A program made the position numbers and the translations under genes. Below the pieces are notes generated by a model, which ran no database searches, was not told the origin of the DNA, and saw only the letters and a list, made by a program, of their open reading frames with translations. DNA of 53,361 nucleotides from Promethearchaeota archaeon (lineage in GTDB: Archaea; Asgardarchaeota; Lokiarchaeia; Sigyniarchaeales; SOKP01): assembly GCA_030615235.1 (NCBI GenBank), contig JAUWZR010000002.1, positions 1 to 53,361 of the forward strand. Reading direction: 5' to 3'. Shown piece after piece: positions 27,601 through 36,700 of this stretch. Numbering within the stretch: the stretch's first letter is position 1; each line of letters opens with the position of its first letter.

Positions 27601-29561
27601 TCGAAAAGATTATACCAATCATCTTTAGATGGATTAAATTTTTTTTCGATGATATCTACATTACTTTCGGAGATTATTTTGATGATAAAGGGTTTCATTA
27701 ATAATTTCTTAACGAGCTTATCCTTAATCTTCTCATAGTTTATCCCATAATTTTCATTGATCTTTTTTAATCGTGCTAAATCTTTAATATCTGAAAGAAT
27801 ATAACTAGTACCAGTAGGAATTTCAGTATCTTCGAAGTTATTGAATTTATCATTTTGAAAAATATACCGTTTAAATTTTCTATAATTTCTGATTATTTCT
27901 TTAGAATTTATCCAATCTACTAACCTTGATGTCAATAATATAATTAAGTGCTCATAGTTCTTGTCTAATTCAATCATATCACAGAGATTGTTTAGAAACT
28001 CTCCTCTCTCGTCTTCAGTTAATTCCTCAAAACCATCAAAGATTAGTAAGACATTTCTTTTTTGTCCCTCTTTGAATGCAATTAATCTAGTTATCTTGCA
28101 TAAATCTTTATTAAAACCTCCTAATATATTTTCAAACCGATCTTCATATGAGCGAAGATGAAAATAAAAAGTTGGGATTTTTCTCTGCTTGATATATTCA
28201 AATGCGAGATATGATGCATTCCATGTTTTTCCCAATCCCATGTATCCTAGTAATAAAAAAATTCTATTTTTTTCCTGAGGATTCTTAAGGTTTCTAAAAA
28301 AATTTTCAAAAAAATGCTCAAGATCTGGGTTTTTTTCAAAGAGATCTAAATTGAATCTAGTTTCGAACCTTGAAGCTAGATCTACTAATTCTAACTGTTG
28401 TAAACAATAATTAAGCAAAGTTTCATCTTCAAATTCAATTATTTCATTTTGATTTTTCGCTCTTAATCTCCATAAAGGCATTTTAAAATTTTCAATAGTA
28501 AAATCAATCTGACTCCTCCAATTTATAATTTTTGGGTTCATAATCTCTAATTTCGAAATCAGGCGTGAACTTATAACATCAAAAAATGAAGGATTTTTTT
28601 CATAATAACCCTTAAGTAAACTTAATGTTTGAAATAATTTATCGAAAATTTTTTCTTTTTGAATAGTATTATCTTCAAAAAAATTATCTATCTCTGCAAT
28701 AATTTGAGAAACAATTTCTCTCAGATCGGTAAGTCTGATTTTATTAATTAATTCTTCTCTATTTGAGTCTTTTAGCTTAATTTGAAGGAACTTGTCTAAA
28801 TAATCATATAAGCTATTAATAAAAAGTTTGATATTATCTAAATTCATAGTAATTATGAAAGTTAAAGCCCACTCTATGATATCTCGAATATTTTTATCAA
28901 ATTCTTCAAGAAATGCTTGTTCTAAATTTGTATTAAGAAAATCTTCTAAACCCTTCTCAATTGTCTTCGAATCCTCAAAAAACATTTTATAATCATCTTC
29001 AACTATATCACTCTGTAATTTATACCTTCTTAAAGCATTTTTAAATGCATTTTCAATTTTGTCATTAGAGCAAAAAACTTCATAAAAACCTTCTGAAAAG
29101 GTAATTGCGTCATTATCATAAACTTTCCTTTTTGTTCCTATCGAGCAAGGCAAATATTCAGAGACTCTCTTTGCAATCTTTAAAGATTCACAAGAATTAA
29201 AAATTATAATTTTAATGATTTGTTCAAAATCTTTGAGGACACCAATAGTTTCTTCAAAAAGAAACTGAGAGCCATAACTTTTCTCAAAATGAATATCATC
29301 TTCAAAATAAAATCCACTAGATTGTTCACCATGTCCAGCAAAATGGATCATTTGAGGTTGATATCGTGAGATACATTCAAAAAATTCATTTCTTTCGGTG
29401 GCAAAAGCAGATTCAAGATAAATAAATTCACGAAATGGTGACTTTTCAATTATTTTCTTAATTGTCTTGAATTCTTTATCAATACGAGTCTTAACTGTAC
29501 TTTCTTTGAAATTTGCGGAAAGAAATAAAATGGTAAATTTCTTCTTTTTTAATCCTAACAT
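24681..29561 (-). CDS. NLR-architecture STAND protein: N-terminal caspase/CHAT-like domain, NACHT P-loop NTPase, long LRR region (1626 aa)
   Basis: His-Cys dyad context MIHFAGHG ... IIIFNSCES (aa about 70-130). Walker A LLLGYMGLGKTW (nt about 28221-28262). NACHT-type Walker B LLIFDGFEEL (nt about 28023-28052). Canonical LRRs LKKLALQDNELPKLPKDIGRLKNLEVLNLDHNELKELPDTLTNLDRL (nt about 26930-27130). Irregular LRR-like units with N(I/L)THL(R/Q)I continue to the C-terminus. Confidence 0.75.
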   Translation of the reverse strand: MLGLKKKKFTILFLSANFKESTVKTRIDKEFKTIKKIIEKSPFREFIYLESAFATERNEFFECISRYQPQMIHFAGHGEQSSGFYFEDDIHFEKSYGSQFLFEETIGVLKDFEQIIKIIIFNSCESLKIAKRVSEYLPCSIGTKRKVYDNDAITFSEGFYEVFCSNDKIENAFKNALRRYKLQSDIVEDDYKMFFEDSKTIEKGLEDFLNTNLEQAFLEEFDKNIRDIIEWALTFIITMNLDNIKLFINSLYDYLDKFLQIKLKDSNREELINKIRLTDLREIVSQIIAEIDNFFEDNTIQKEKIFDKLFQTLSLLKGYYEKNPSFFDVISSRLISKLEIMNPKIINWRSQIDFTIENFKMPLWRLRAKNQNEIIEFEDETLLNYCLQQLELVDLASRFETRFNLDLFEKNPDLEHFFENFFRNLKNPQEKNRIFLLLGYMGLGKTWNASYLAFEYIKQRKIPTFYFHLRSYEDRFENILGGFNKDLCKITRLIAFKEGQKRNVLLIFDGFEELTEDERGEFLNNLCDMIELDKNYEHLIILLTSRLVDWINSKEIIRNYRKFKRYIFQNDKFNNFEDTEIPTGTSYILSDIKDLARLKKINENYGINYEKIKDKLVKKLLMKPFIIKIISESNVDIIEKKFNPSKDDWYNLFESRQNENTILNRMGIVGTVENDFKDLVSIIADPYTPILDNELSEFRYNKKGSWDVIYSSGIIKMDKTKTQFKYFFQEEYQGFIEHYSSKLKQRFQEFEICKSDANSLGEIEVEIGNHRLRNLSDFEEIKRSQGYVIDINDRVSELYLDHIKTKHIPKGVYKLIGLKKLALQDNELPKLPKDIGRLKNLEVLNLDHNELKELPDTLTNLDRLFRINIQYNNIKSINSWWHEFKNLKFINLMRNTYISFYPKKQTLPSINYVDDNLLIVDDEIEIRGQLTPKLEKIHLKIKDAVIIDYLNHLKDYSGEYTYWVTISNEYISSLTLQIPKSLLNIFEMQNYFEFKDLFWSLEELESLELKGELIKFGKSTTIKNLKIIDIQGKGHQFVLNLHESISLLKNLESIYIENFFKFNFPESLKSCSKLNEVIINSQISNILPDIVFKWDMFPNILINISQNLEDIKDYMAQNQLDSSRILVNLPTQFILNELTIPSHIEKVWIKVLTRFPKNVSINGVLNKLLITNQENLTKEFFKKINYWKISGKGIYLFGFSRGQSILPDIIGNFENLTHLRIDFPFVTNLKAWVFLSPYIKKMLISEDPLPTSNEDFLNNSNKGIFLARVRNDCKLPKDEISMKNITHLRINLPQLTELPNFFGNLSQFTQLLITSITLTGLTGEFGSEDTKYRLELRVNKRCILSESLNKLENITHLQIIDIAAKDLPKSWENLKNLSYIRWINPPLDKIPELIKNLPKIKCLHISFGGSQDFQENFWEDNKNNRMEISISHRKPIQFSNTQNIAHLRVSGSRISRFFDLLESNFDKITHIRIDDNNFIPNFVQECRNLLYLEVNTELIDQIPRYLIHFKQIQQLVITDKFIEFSNDFWNPKDICTFKIKVKTNCKFPNFLHELFNLTHLWVELPELRILPEDLKKIKENDIDLRIYTDKEIEISLDDYLTLLNPKFYIIKVAPNCSIPDSLNKIE

Positions 29562-30069
29562 TTTAATGATTCTTGTGTAATCAGTTGAATATAATCAAAA
29601 TTAATGAGATTTAAAAACTGTTTTCTGATGTCTTTTGATTTCGAACTTCATTTAATAAAAATAATATAAATTCTTGTTTTATTATAATAAATAATAATCA
29701 TCCTTATATATATTTAACAATTGGAGGCAACTCACAGTTAATTTTTCTTGTTATTCTTTTTAAGCAAAGTTATTCTTTTTTAATTCTTCTAATTTCAACT
29801 TTAATATGATTAAATAATGAAAAATTTGTTAATTTCTCTGATTCTAAGAATTTTTCAGTTATTTATTTGATTTTTAGAATATCACATCTATAAATCAAAA
29901 GAACCCTTACAGAGGAATTTATCATCTTTCCACTTGAGATGAAAAATAAATCTATATATTAAATGGAAAAATAAAAAAAAACCATTTACTGAAGCTATTG
30001 ATTAGTGCAATTATTATACTTGTGATTAACAAGAAATTAAAGATTAAGATGCTTTAATTAAGTAATTAT

Positions 30070-31008
30070 CTAAAGAATAATTCTTATTTTTTTTATGGTG
30101 TAAAAGTATAGTGCGATTGTGTTAATTCCTATGTCTAAACATACTAGATAATAATAATAATCCCATAATGATTCTATGTCTAATACTTCATTATAAGTCT
30201 GTTTTCCATTGCGATTAAAATCTAATATTTGTATTTTGTTTATATGTGATTTTATAATAATGCATTTTTCATGATGTGCAATAGCATTTCTTACATGAAT
30301 TAATGAGAATAATAAATCTCTTATTAATTGGGGCGGTGTTTTTTTATTATTATTTTTTAGTTGAAAAATGTCGTATATATTATTTCTATACCTACTACTT
30401 TTTTTATTTCCTTCGTATTTAGATAATTCCACTCCCAAGTATTCACACCTTCCAAGAAATATGCCATAATAATTTTTATATGTTTCCTTAAAGCGTAGAA
30501 CTTTTTTATAAGGATCTTCTACTGGGTTCTCAAGTAAGTATCTTAAATTTTCTTCTTTTGTTAAATATTTGTTTTCCTTAAATAAAGATATTGTTGAGTC
30601 TTTATTTATAACAGGATAATTAGTAGCAATTTTTGCAAAGAAAATAAGAGGAATTTCACTTTCATAAGGAAGTATTCTATTCTTAAGATATTTAAACCAT
30701 TTTTGGTTTAATTGATAGGTTTTATTATTACAACAATCTGCTTTATATAAGATTTTATAGAGTAATAATCTTGCTGTTAGACTAGCTATTAAATGATAAC
30801 CATTAAATTGATTATAATTTTTAGGGTGTATAAGAAGATCCCAAAAATAATATTTTGTAAGTTTTTCATCTATACTTTTATTAATTAATATACTTAATTC
30901 TTTTGTTAATTTTTTTATAAATTTAGATATATCTTTTTTATATTTTACAGGATCCAAAAATCTATTATAAAAATCAAATGGATTTATCGATTTCATTAAA
31001 TTACTCAT
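30070..31008 (-). CDS. Hypothetical protein with a C-terminal HEPN-type Rx4H motif (candidate RNase/Abi-like)
   Basis: LLFSLIHVRNAIAHHE contains RNAIAH, which fits the HEPN consensus R(N)xxxH. The rest of the protein is not recognised. Confidence 0.4.
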   Translation of the reverse strand: MSNLMKSINPFDFYNRFLDPVKYKKDISKFIKKLTKELSILINKSIDEKLTKYYFWDLLIHPKNYNQFNGYHLIASLTARLLLYKILYKADCCNNKTYQLNQKWFKYLKNRILPYESEIPLIFFAKIATNYPVINKDSTISLFKENKYLTKEENLRYLLENPVEDPYKKVLRFKETYKNYYGIFLGRCEYLGVELSKYEGNKKSSRYRNNIYDIFQLKNNNKKTPPQLIRDLLFSLIHVRNAIAHHEKCIIIKSHINKIQILDFNRNGKQTYNEVLDIESLWDYYYYLVCLDIGINTIALYFYTIKKIRIIL

Positions 31009-31106
31009 TGAATATTAAAAAGAAGTTCAATTTTAAAAAGATAGTGATTGTTCTTTTAATTTTTTTAATATATCTAATTAAATTTAATTAATCTTCAGAA
31101 TTTATG

Positions 31107-31730
31107 TTAATATAGTAAGTTTACACCCTGGGGATCGCATTTATGTAACATGTTTTTCCTAATAATGACTTCTCCCTCGATTGGAGTACTGATAGAAAAA
31201 CAATCAGCGGGGCATTCTTTTGAAATTTTATAATAATCTTGGATGTGATTCCTTTCTCTTACTGTTAAGCATAATTGGCAAATTTTATTTTCCTTATCTT
31301 CAGTACAATTATCAAAATCGATTTCATAGAATTTCTCTAAAGTTGGAAATTCATCCATAACAATTTGTCCTTCTGGCTCAATATTTTCATGGAACGCATC
31401 GGTGGGGCAAACAACGACACATAGCATACAATAACAACATTTATCGTGATCAATAAAAAGTTTAGGGTTTGAATCGTCCAATATATTTTGGGCAATTTCT
31501 GGGATTGGTCCAAGTTCTATGGCGTCGACCGGGCAGACAAGTTTACATAAACTACACCCAATACATTTTTTAATATCGTACGTTAGTTTCTTCTTAACAT
31601 CCTTATATTGCCAATTTAAAATTAAATGATCTTGACTAATCTCGAGGTCTTTCTCGATTTTATCTTCTTTAATTTCTTTTTCTGAGAAGGTTTTGGAAAT
31701 TCTAAGATTACCTCTTAAAAAATCTAAATT
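31107..31730 (-). pseudogene. Truncated, start-less paralog of the polyferredoxin gene (equivalent to residues 1 to about 206 of the 364-aa copy)
   Basis: The tracked ORF 31107-31481 matches residues about 85-205 of the 15757-16851 product. The same frame stays open upstream and reads NLDFLRGNLRISKTFSEK...LNWQYKDVKKKLTYDIKKCIGCSLCKLVCPVDAIELGPIPEIAQNILDDSNP. The position of the Met codon is GAT, and no canonical start occurs before TTG at 31481. Homology ends abruptly at ...NMLHKCDPQGVNLLY*. Confidence 0.7.
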
Positions 31731-32190
31731 CTAATTAGTTCTACGGTATCATATTTAATAATCTTAACTATTAAATAAAAAAAGAAGTCAGTAATAACTG
31801 AATTTCGATTAATAGTAATTCTATCAAGTCTATTTGTCCACTTTAGGTTCTGTTTGTCTTTGATAGAATAGAGCCTTGCTTTACATTTATTCCATTACCG
31901 ATTAATAGATTTTAAGATTCTACCTGAAATGATAATTGGCTTTAAATTTCTGTTTTCTACCGTAGTTATTAAATTAATCAATCCAAAATCGATTGATAAA
32001 TATCTCTTTGCATCCAACTTTGATTGTAAACAGCTGAGTTCAATAGAATTAAGGGATCACTTTTATTTGGTGTTAAATTCAAAATTAAAGCAAATTATTT
32101 TATACAACTTCTACCATTATTTTCTGGATATTATTATTTTTTTTAAATCATAAATTGTGGTATAAGAATTTCTGAAAAAGGTGAGGAAAA

Positions 32191-33720
32191 TTGTCAAATT
32201 CAGTTAAAAAATCGAGAATTTCAGAGAAAATGTTTAACTCTCTCTTTAAAAGTATCCCTTTTCCTTCGTATGTTTGGAAAATAGTTGAAAATAATTTAAT
32301 TTTGATTGAGTATAACACTTCAGCTGAAAAAATAACTAATGGTCAAATTATAAATGATTTAGGAAGAAAAGCATCAGATATTTATAAAGATCAATCCGAG
32401 TTTTATGAAGGACTTAGTCGATGCACCTCCTCTAAATGTAGAGTTTCTAAAGAAATTAAAACTGTTTGTATGACTACTGGAGAAGAAATTTATATCTCGG
32501 TTGAATATAGTCATATTCCTCCTGATTTAGTTTTAGTTCATACTGAAGATATTACGGAACGGAAGAATACAGAACAAAAATTGAAAGATTCCGAAGAAAA
32601 ATATAAAGATATGGCCGAACTTTTACCAGATATTATCTATGAGATTGATAAAAGTGGAAAGTTTACTTATGTTAATCCTGCGGGTTATGAAAAATTTGGT
32701 TATCAAAAAGATGAAGTTATAGGAAAAATGAGTATGATTCAAGCTGTTCTACCTGAACAAAGAGAAAAATTAATCAGAAACGCAAAAAGATTCTTTTCAG
32801 GGGAATTAATTGAGCCAGGTATTTATACCTTTCAAAAAAAAGATGGATCTACTTTTTTTGGGAGGTTACATTCACGACCTATCTATAAAGAAGGAAAGAT
32901 TGTAGGGATAAGGGGAGTACTTCATGATATTCATAAATTAATTGAAATTGAAGAAAGATTAAAAAAATTAAATTTGGAGTTAGAACAAAGAGCTGAGGAA
33001 AGGACAAATCAGTTGTGGAAAGCATCGGAAGATTATCGATTACTGGTAGACCACGCGCCTGTAGGAGTATTCTTAGCAGATCAGGAAGGAAACATTAAGT
33101 TAGTTAATCCTCAATTATTGAGAATCCTTGGTTCACCATCTGCTGAGGCCACAAAACAAATTAATCTTTTAACCTTCCCGTTATTAAAAAAGGCTGGTAT
33201 CTCGGCAGCAGTCGAACAGTGCCTTGAGAAGAAAGAATCAAATATCAGTGAATTCTTCTATACATCAAAATGGGGGAAAGATTTTTGTGGCAGATTATAT
33301 CTAAACCCTGCTCGCGATACTTCCAATCAAATAATTGGTATACAAGGTATTGTTGAAGATATTACCGAGTATAAAAAAATTGAGCAAAAAATCAGAGAAT
33401 CTGAAGAGCAATATCGAACTATGATAAATTCTTTAGCCGATCCTCTAGAAGTCGTAGACAGAGATTTAAAGATTCTTCTGATCAATCCCGCCTTTGAATC
33501 TTGGCTCGAAGATTTAGGTATTGAAAAGGATGTTGTAGGCCGAACTATTTTCGAAGCGTTTCCATTCTTATCAAGTGAAATTCGCAAGGAATATAAGCAA
33601 ATTTTCGATACTGGAGAAATTCAATTTACTGAAGGGAGCACATTTGTAGATGGTAAAGAAATCATTACTGAAACGCGTAGAATTCCAATTTTTAAGGAAG
33701 GTCATGTTAATCAGGTTTAG
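32191..33720 (+). CDS. Multi-PAS sensor segment; probably the N-terminal part of a frameshifted giant histidine kinase
   Basis: About four PAS units are separated by the typical linkers DITERKNTEQKLKDSEEKY and DITEYKKIEQKIRESEEQY. The ORF ends inside a PAS domain (IPIFKEGHVNQV*) with no output domain. Confidence 0.7.
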   Translation: MSNSVKKSRISEKMFNSLFKSIPFPSYVWKIVENNLILIEYNTSAEKITNGQIINDLGRKASDIYKDQSEFYEGLSRCTSSKCRVSKEIKTVCMTTGEEIYISVEYSHIPPDLVLVHTEDITERKNTEQKLKDSEEKYKDMAELLPDIIYEIDKSGKFTYVNPAGYEKFGYQKDEVIGKMSMIQAVLPEQREKLIRNAKRFFSGELIEPGIYTFQKKDGSTFFGRLHSRPIYKEGKIVGIRGVLHDIHKLIEIEERLKKLNLELEQRAEERTNQLWKASEDYRLLVDHAPVGVFLADQEGNIKLVNPQLLRILGSPSAEATKQINLLTFPLLKKAGISAAVEQCLEKKESNISEFFYTSKWGKDFCGRLYLNPARDTSNQIIGIQGIVEDITEYKKIEQKIRESEEQYRTMINSLADPLEVVDRDLKILLINPAFESWLEDLGIEKDVVGRTIFEAFPFLSSEIRKEYKQIFDTGEIQFTEGSTFVDGKEIITETRRIPIFKEGHVNQV

Positions 33721-33758
33721 TTATTACGAGAGATATTACTGAGCGAAAAGGTGCAGAA

Positions 33759-36700
33759 ATGAAAATAAAAGAGTCAGAAGAAAGATTGAGTGCTTTTATA
33801 AACTCAGCGCCTGATAGTATTTTTATTTGGGATTCGGAGCTCAATTTAGTTGATTGCAATAAAAATGGTTTCAATATGATATCTATGGGGCAAAATAGAG
33901 AAGATTTAATTGGTCAAAATATACTAGAAATTGCTCCAGATGTTAAGGAGAAAGGTAGATATGATAAATATATGGAAGTATTAAAAACTGGAAAACCATT
34001 TTATATAGATGGTGTTGTTCCACACCCTAAATTTGGAGATATTATAATATCTATAAGAACTTTCAAAGTAGGTGAAATGTTTGGAATGATTACTACAGAT
34101 ATCACCAAACGCAAAAAAGCAGAACAAGAATTAATTGAATCAGAAGAAAATTATCGGCTTCTCACAGAAAATATTAATGATCTAATCGTTGTTATAAATA
34201 CTAGATTTCAAATTGAATATGTTAATGAAGAAGTCGTTAAGAAAATAATAGGTAATACAAAAAAAGATATATTAGGAAAGAATATTTTGGATTTTGTGCA
34301 TCCCGATGATAAAGTAATGGCTCTTAATTCGCTACTGAAGGGTATTAAAGATAAAGAAGGAATAGAGGAAATGAGAGTAGCGAATCTAAAAGGTCAATAT
34401 ATTTGGTTTGAAGTAAAAGGAGGGGCCTTTATAAATAATAAAGGAGAATTAAAAGGAATATTAATTGCAAGAGATATTACAGAGCGTAAACAAGCAGAAC
34501 AAAAGCTTCGAGAGAGTGAAGAGCGGTACCGTACTTTGGTTGAGACTATGACTGATGGGTTAGCAGTTATAGATGAGAATAATTACTTTACCTATGTTAA
34601 TATAAGTTTTAGCAAGATGATTGGATATTCGTATGATGAGCTTCTTAATACACATCTCTTCAATTATCTTGATAAAAAAAATCAAAGTATAGTAGAAGAG
34701 CAGTTAATTGAGCGTAGAAAAGGAGAAGCACAACCTTATGAGCTTGTATGGACTAGGAAAGATAGACAAAAAGTTTATACGATTTTAGCCCCAAAACCGC
34801 TTATTGATGCAGAGGGAAATTATATTGGAAGCTTCGGTGTTATCACCAACATAACTGAACGTATAATAACTGGGAAAAAAATAAAAGAATCTGAAGCGAA
34901 ATATCGCAATTTATTTGAAAGTTCTCCCAATATGATTGTTTTATTAAACCTGAATGGAAAGATAATTGATGTGAATCCAGCAACACTTACAAAATATGGA
35001 TTTGAAAGAAAAGATTTTATAGATAAGGATTTTAAAGAGCTAAATAATTATCTACCGGGTAATTTACCGCTTTTAGCAAAGAAATTTAAAAAACTATTAA
35101 CTAAAGGTGTCTTGGAACCTATCGAACTTCCATTCCATACAAAAGACAGAAATATCATTTGGGTTAATCTGCAAGGATCGTTAGTAAAGATTGGTGGTGA
35201 AACATATATTCAAACAGTAATACAAGATATTAACGAGCGGAAAGAAGCAGAATTAAAAATAAAAGAATCAGAGGAGAAAGTAAAAACATTAAATGACACT
35301 TTTCTAGAATTCACAGATGATCCCTTTAAAAATATACAATTGCTTGTCGACGCAGCAGGTAAGCTGCTTATGAGTGATTGTGCCGCGTATAATAAAATAA
35401 TTGAGGTAAACGGTAATAAAATATTAAAAACAATCGCAATTTGGCAAGAACCACCAAATTACGAACGGGAGGATAATCCAATTGGGCATATTTGTACTGA
35501 TATAATCAACATGAATCGTGAGGATGTTACGATAATAAAGGATTTAGATATGACTAAATATGTGAAAACTGATCCAAATGTTCAAAAATATAGATTAAAA
35601 CAATATTGTGGTATTGCAGTAAAACTAAATAATGAGCCAGTTGCTTCCTTTTGTGTAATATATAAGGAAAACCGAGAAATAAGTGAAGTTGATAAAGATA
35701 TAATACGAATTTTGGCTCAATCTGCATCGATTGAAGAACAAAGGTTATATTCTTATCAAAAAATAAAAGATTCCGAAATTAAATTTAAATTGATTTTTGA
35801 ATCCATTCCAGATCTTTTTTTCTTAATACACAAAGATACAACCATTTTAGACTTTAGGGGAAGAGAAGAAGATCTCTATGTTCCGTCAGAGAAATTAATT
35901 AACCATAAATTAAGAGATTTGGTTCCAAAAGACATTGGTGATCTTCATTATATTGCTACTAAAAAAACATTATTAACAAAACAACCTCAGATAATAGAAT
36001 ATGGATTATCAATACGTGATGTTTATAGACATTTTGAGGCGCGTCATCTTTATTTTTCTGAAGATCAAGTAGCTGTGTTTGTACGAGAAATCACTGCTAG
36101 TAAAAAAGCAGAACAAGAATTAATTGAATCTGAAGAAAAATATAGACAATTGTTTGAGAATTCACCAGAAATAATTTTGTTAGCCAATCCAGACGGAGTA
36201 GTTTTAGAATATAATTCTGCTGCTGAAAAAGCATTTGGATTTAGAAAAGACGAAGTAATTGGACGATATTATTATGAATTTGGAGTCTTTGATTCAGATC
36301 AAATTTCCATAATAGAGAAGAGATATAAAGAAACATTGAGAGTAAAACAAAAAAAGTTTGAGGAGTTTAAAGTTAAACGGAAAGATGGGAGTTCATTTTG
36401 GATTTTATATCAGAGTACTATTGTTAAATTAGGAAATAAACCATATATTCTTACTTTAGCACAAGATATCTCCGAAATAAAGAAAGCAGAAAAATTAATT
36501 GAAGAAGAACTTATTAAACTAAAAAAATTAGATGATATCAAAAATGAATTGATTACAAGAGCTTCGCACGAATTTAAGACACCATTAACTTCTATCTTAG
36601 CTTCAGCAGAATTATTTTTAAACTTATTTAAAGGTGTTTATACTGAGGAAATGAAACAACTCATTGAAATCATCTATGAAGGAGGAAAGAGATTAGAAAA

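Noticed and set aside
27074-27738. Three short plus-strand ORFs (27074-27340, 27318-27527, 27532-27738) and similar ones at 24817-25155 and 27961-28161
   Set aside because: They are antisense to the 1626-aa NLR-like ORF. They have low-complexity F/L/I/K-rich products typical of the reverse strand of AT-rich genes.
16852-31106. Searched the island by eye for an integrase, transposase, Cas1, capsid or terminase
   Set aside because: I recognised no tyrosine/serine recombinase, DDE or viral hallmark motifs. I therefore did not call it a mobile element or provirus, and report only the flanking direct repeats.
31929-32153. 74-aa ORF in the spacer before the PAS kinase; also 23539-23724
   Set aside because: Both have I/F/L/K-rich low-complexity products in AT-rich intergenic DNA, with no motifs. 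They are probably non-coding promoter regions.
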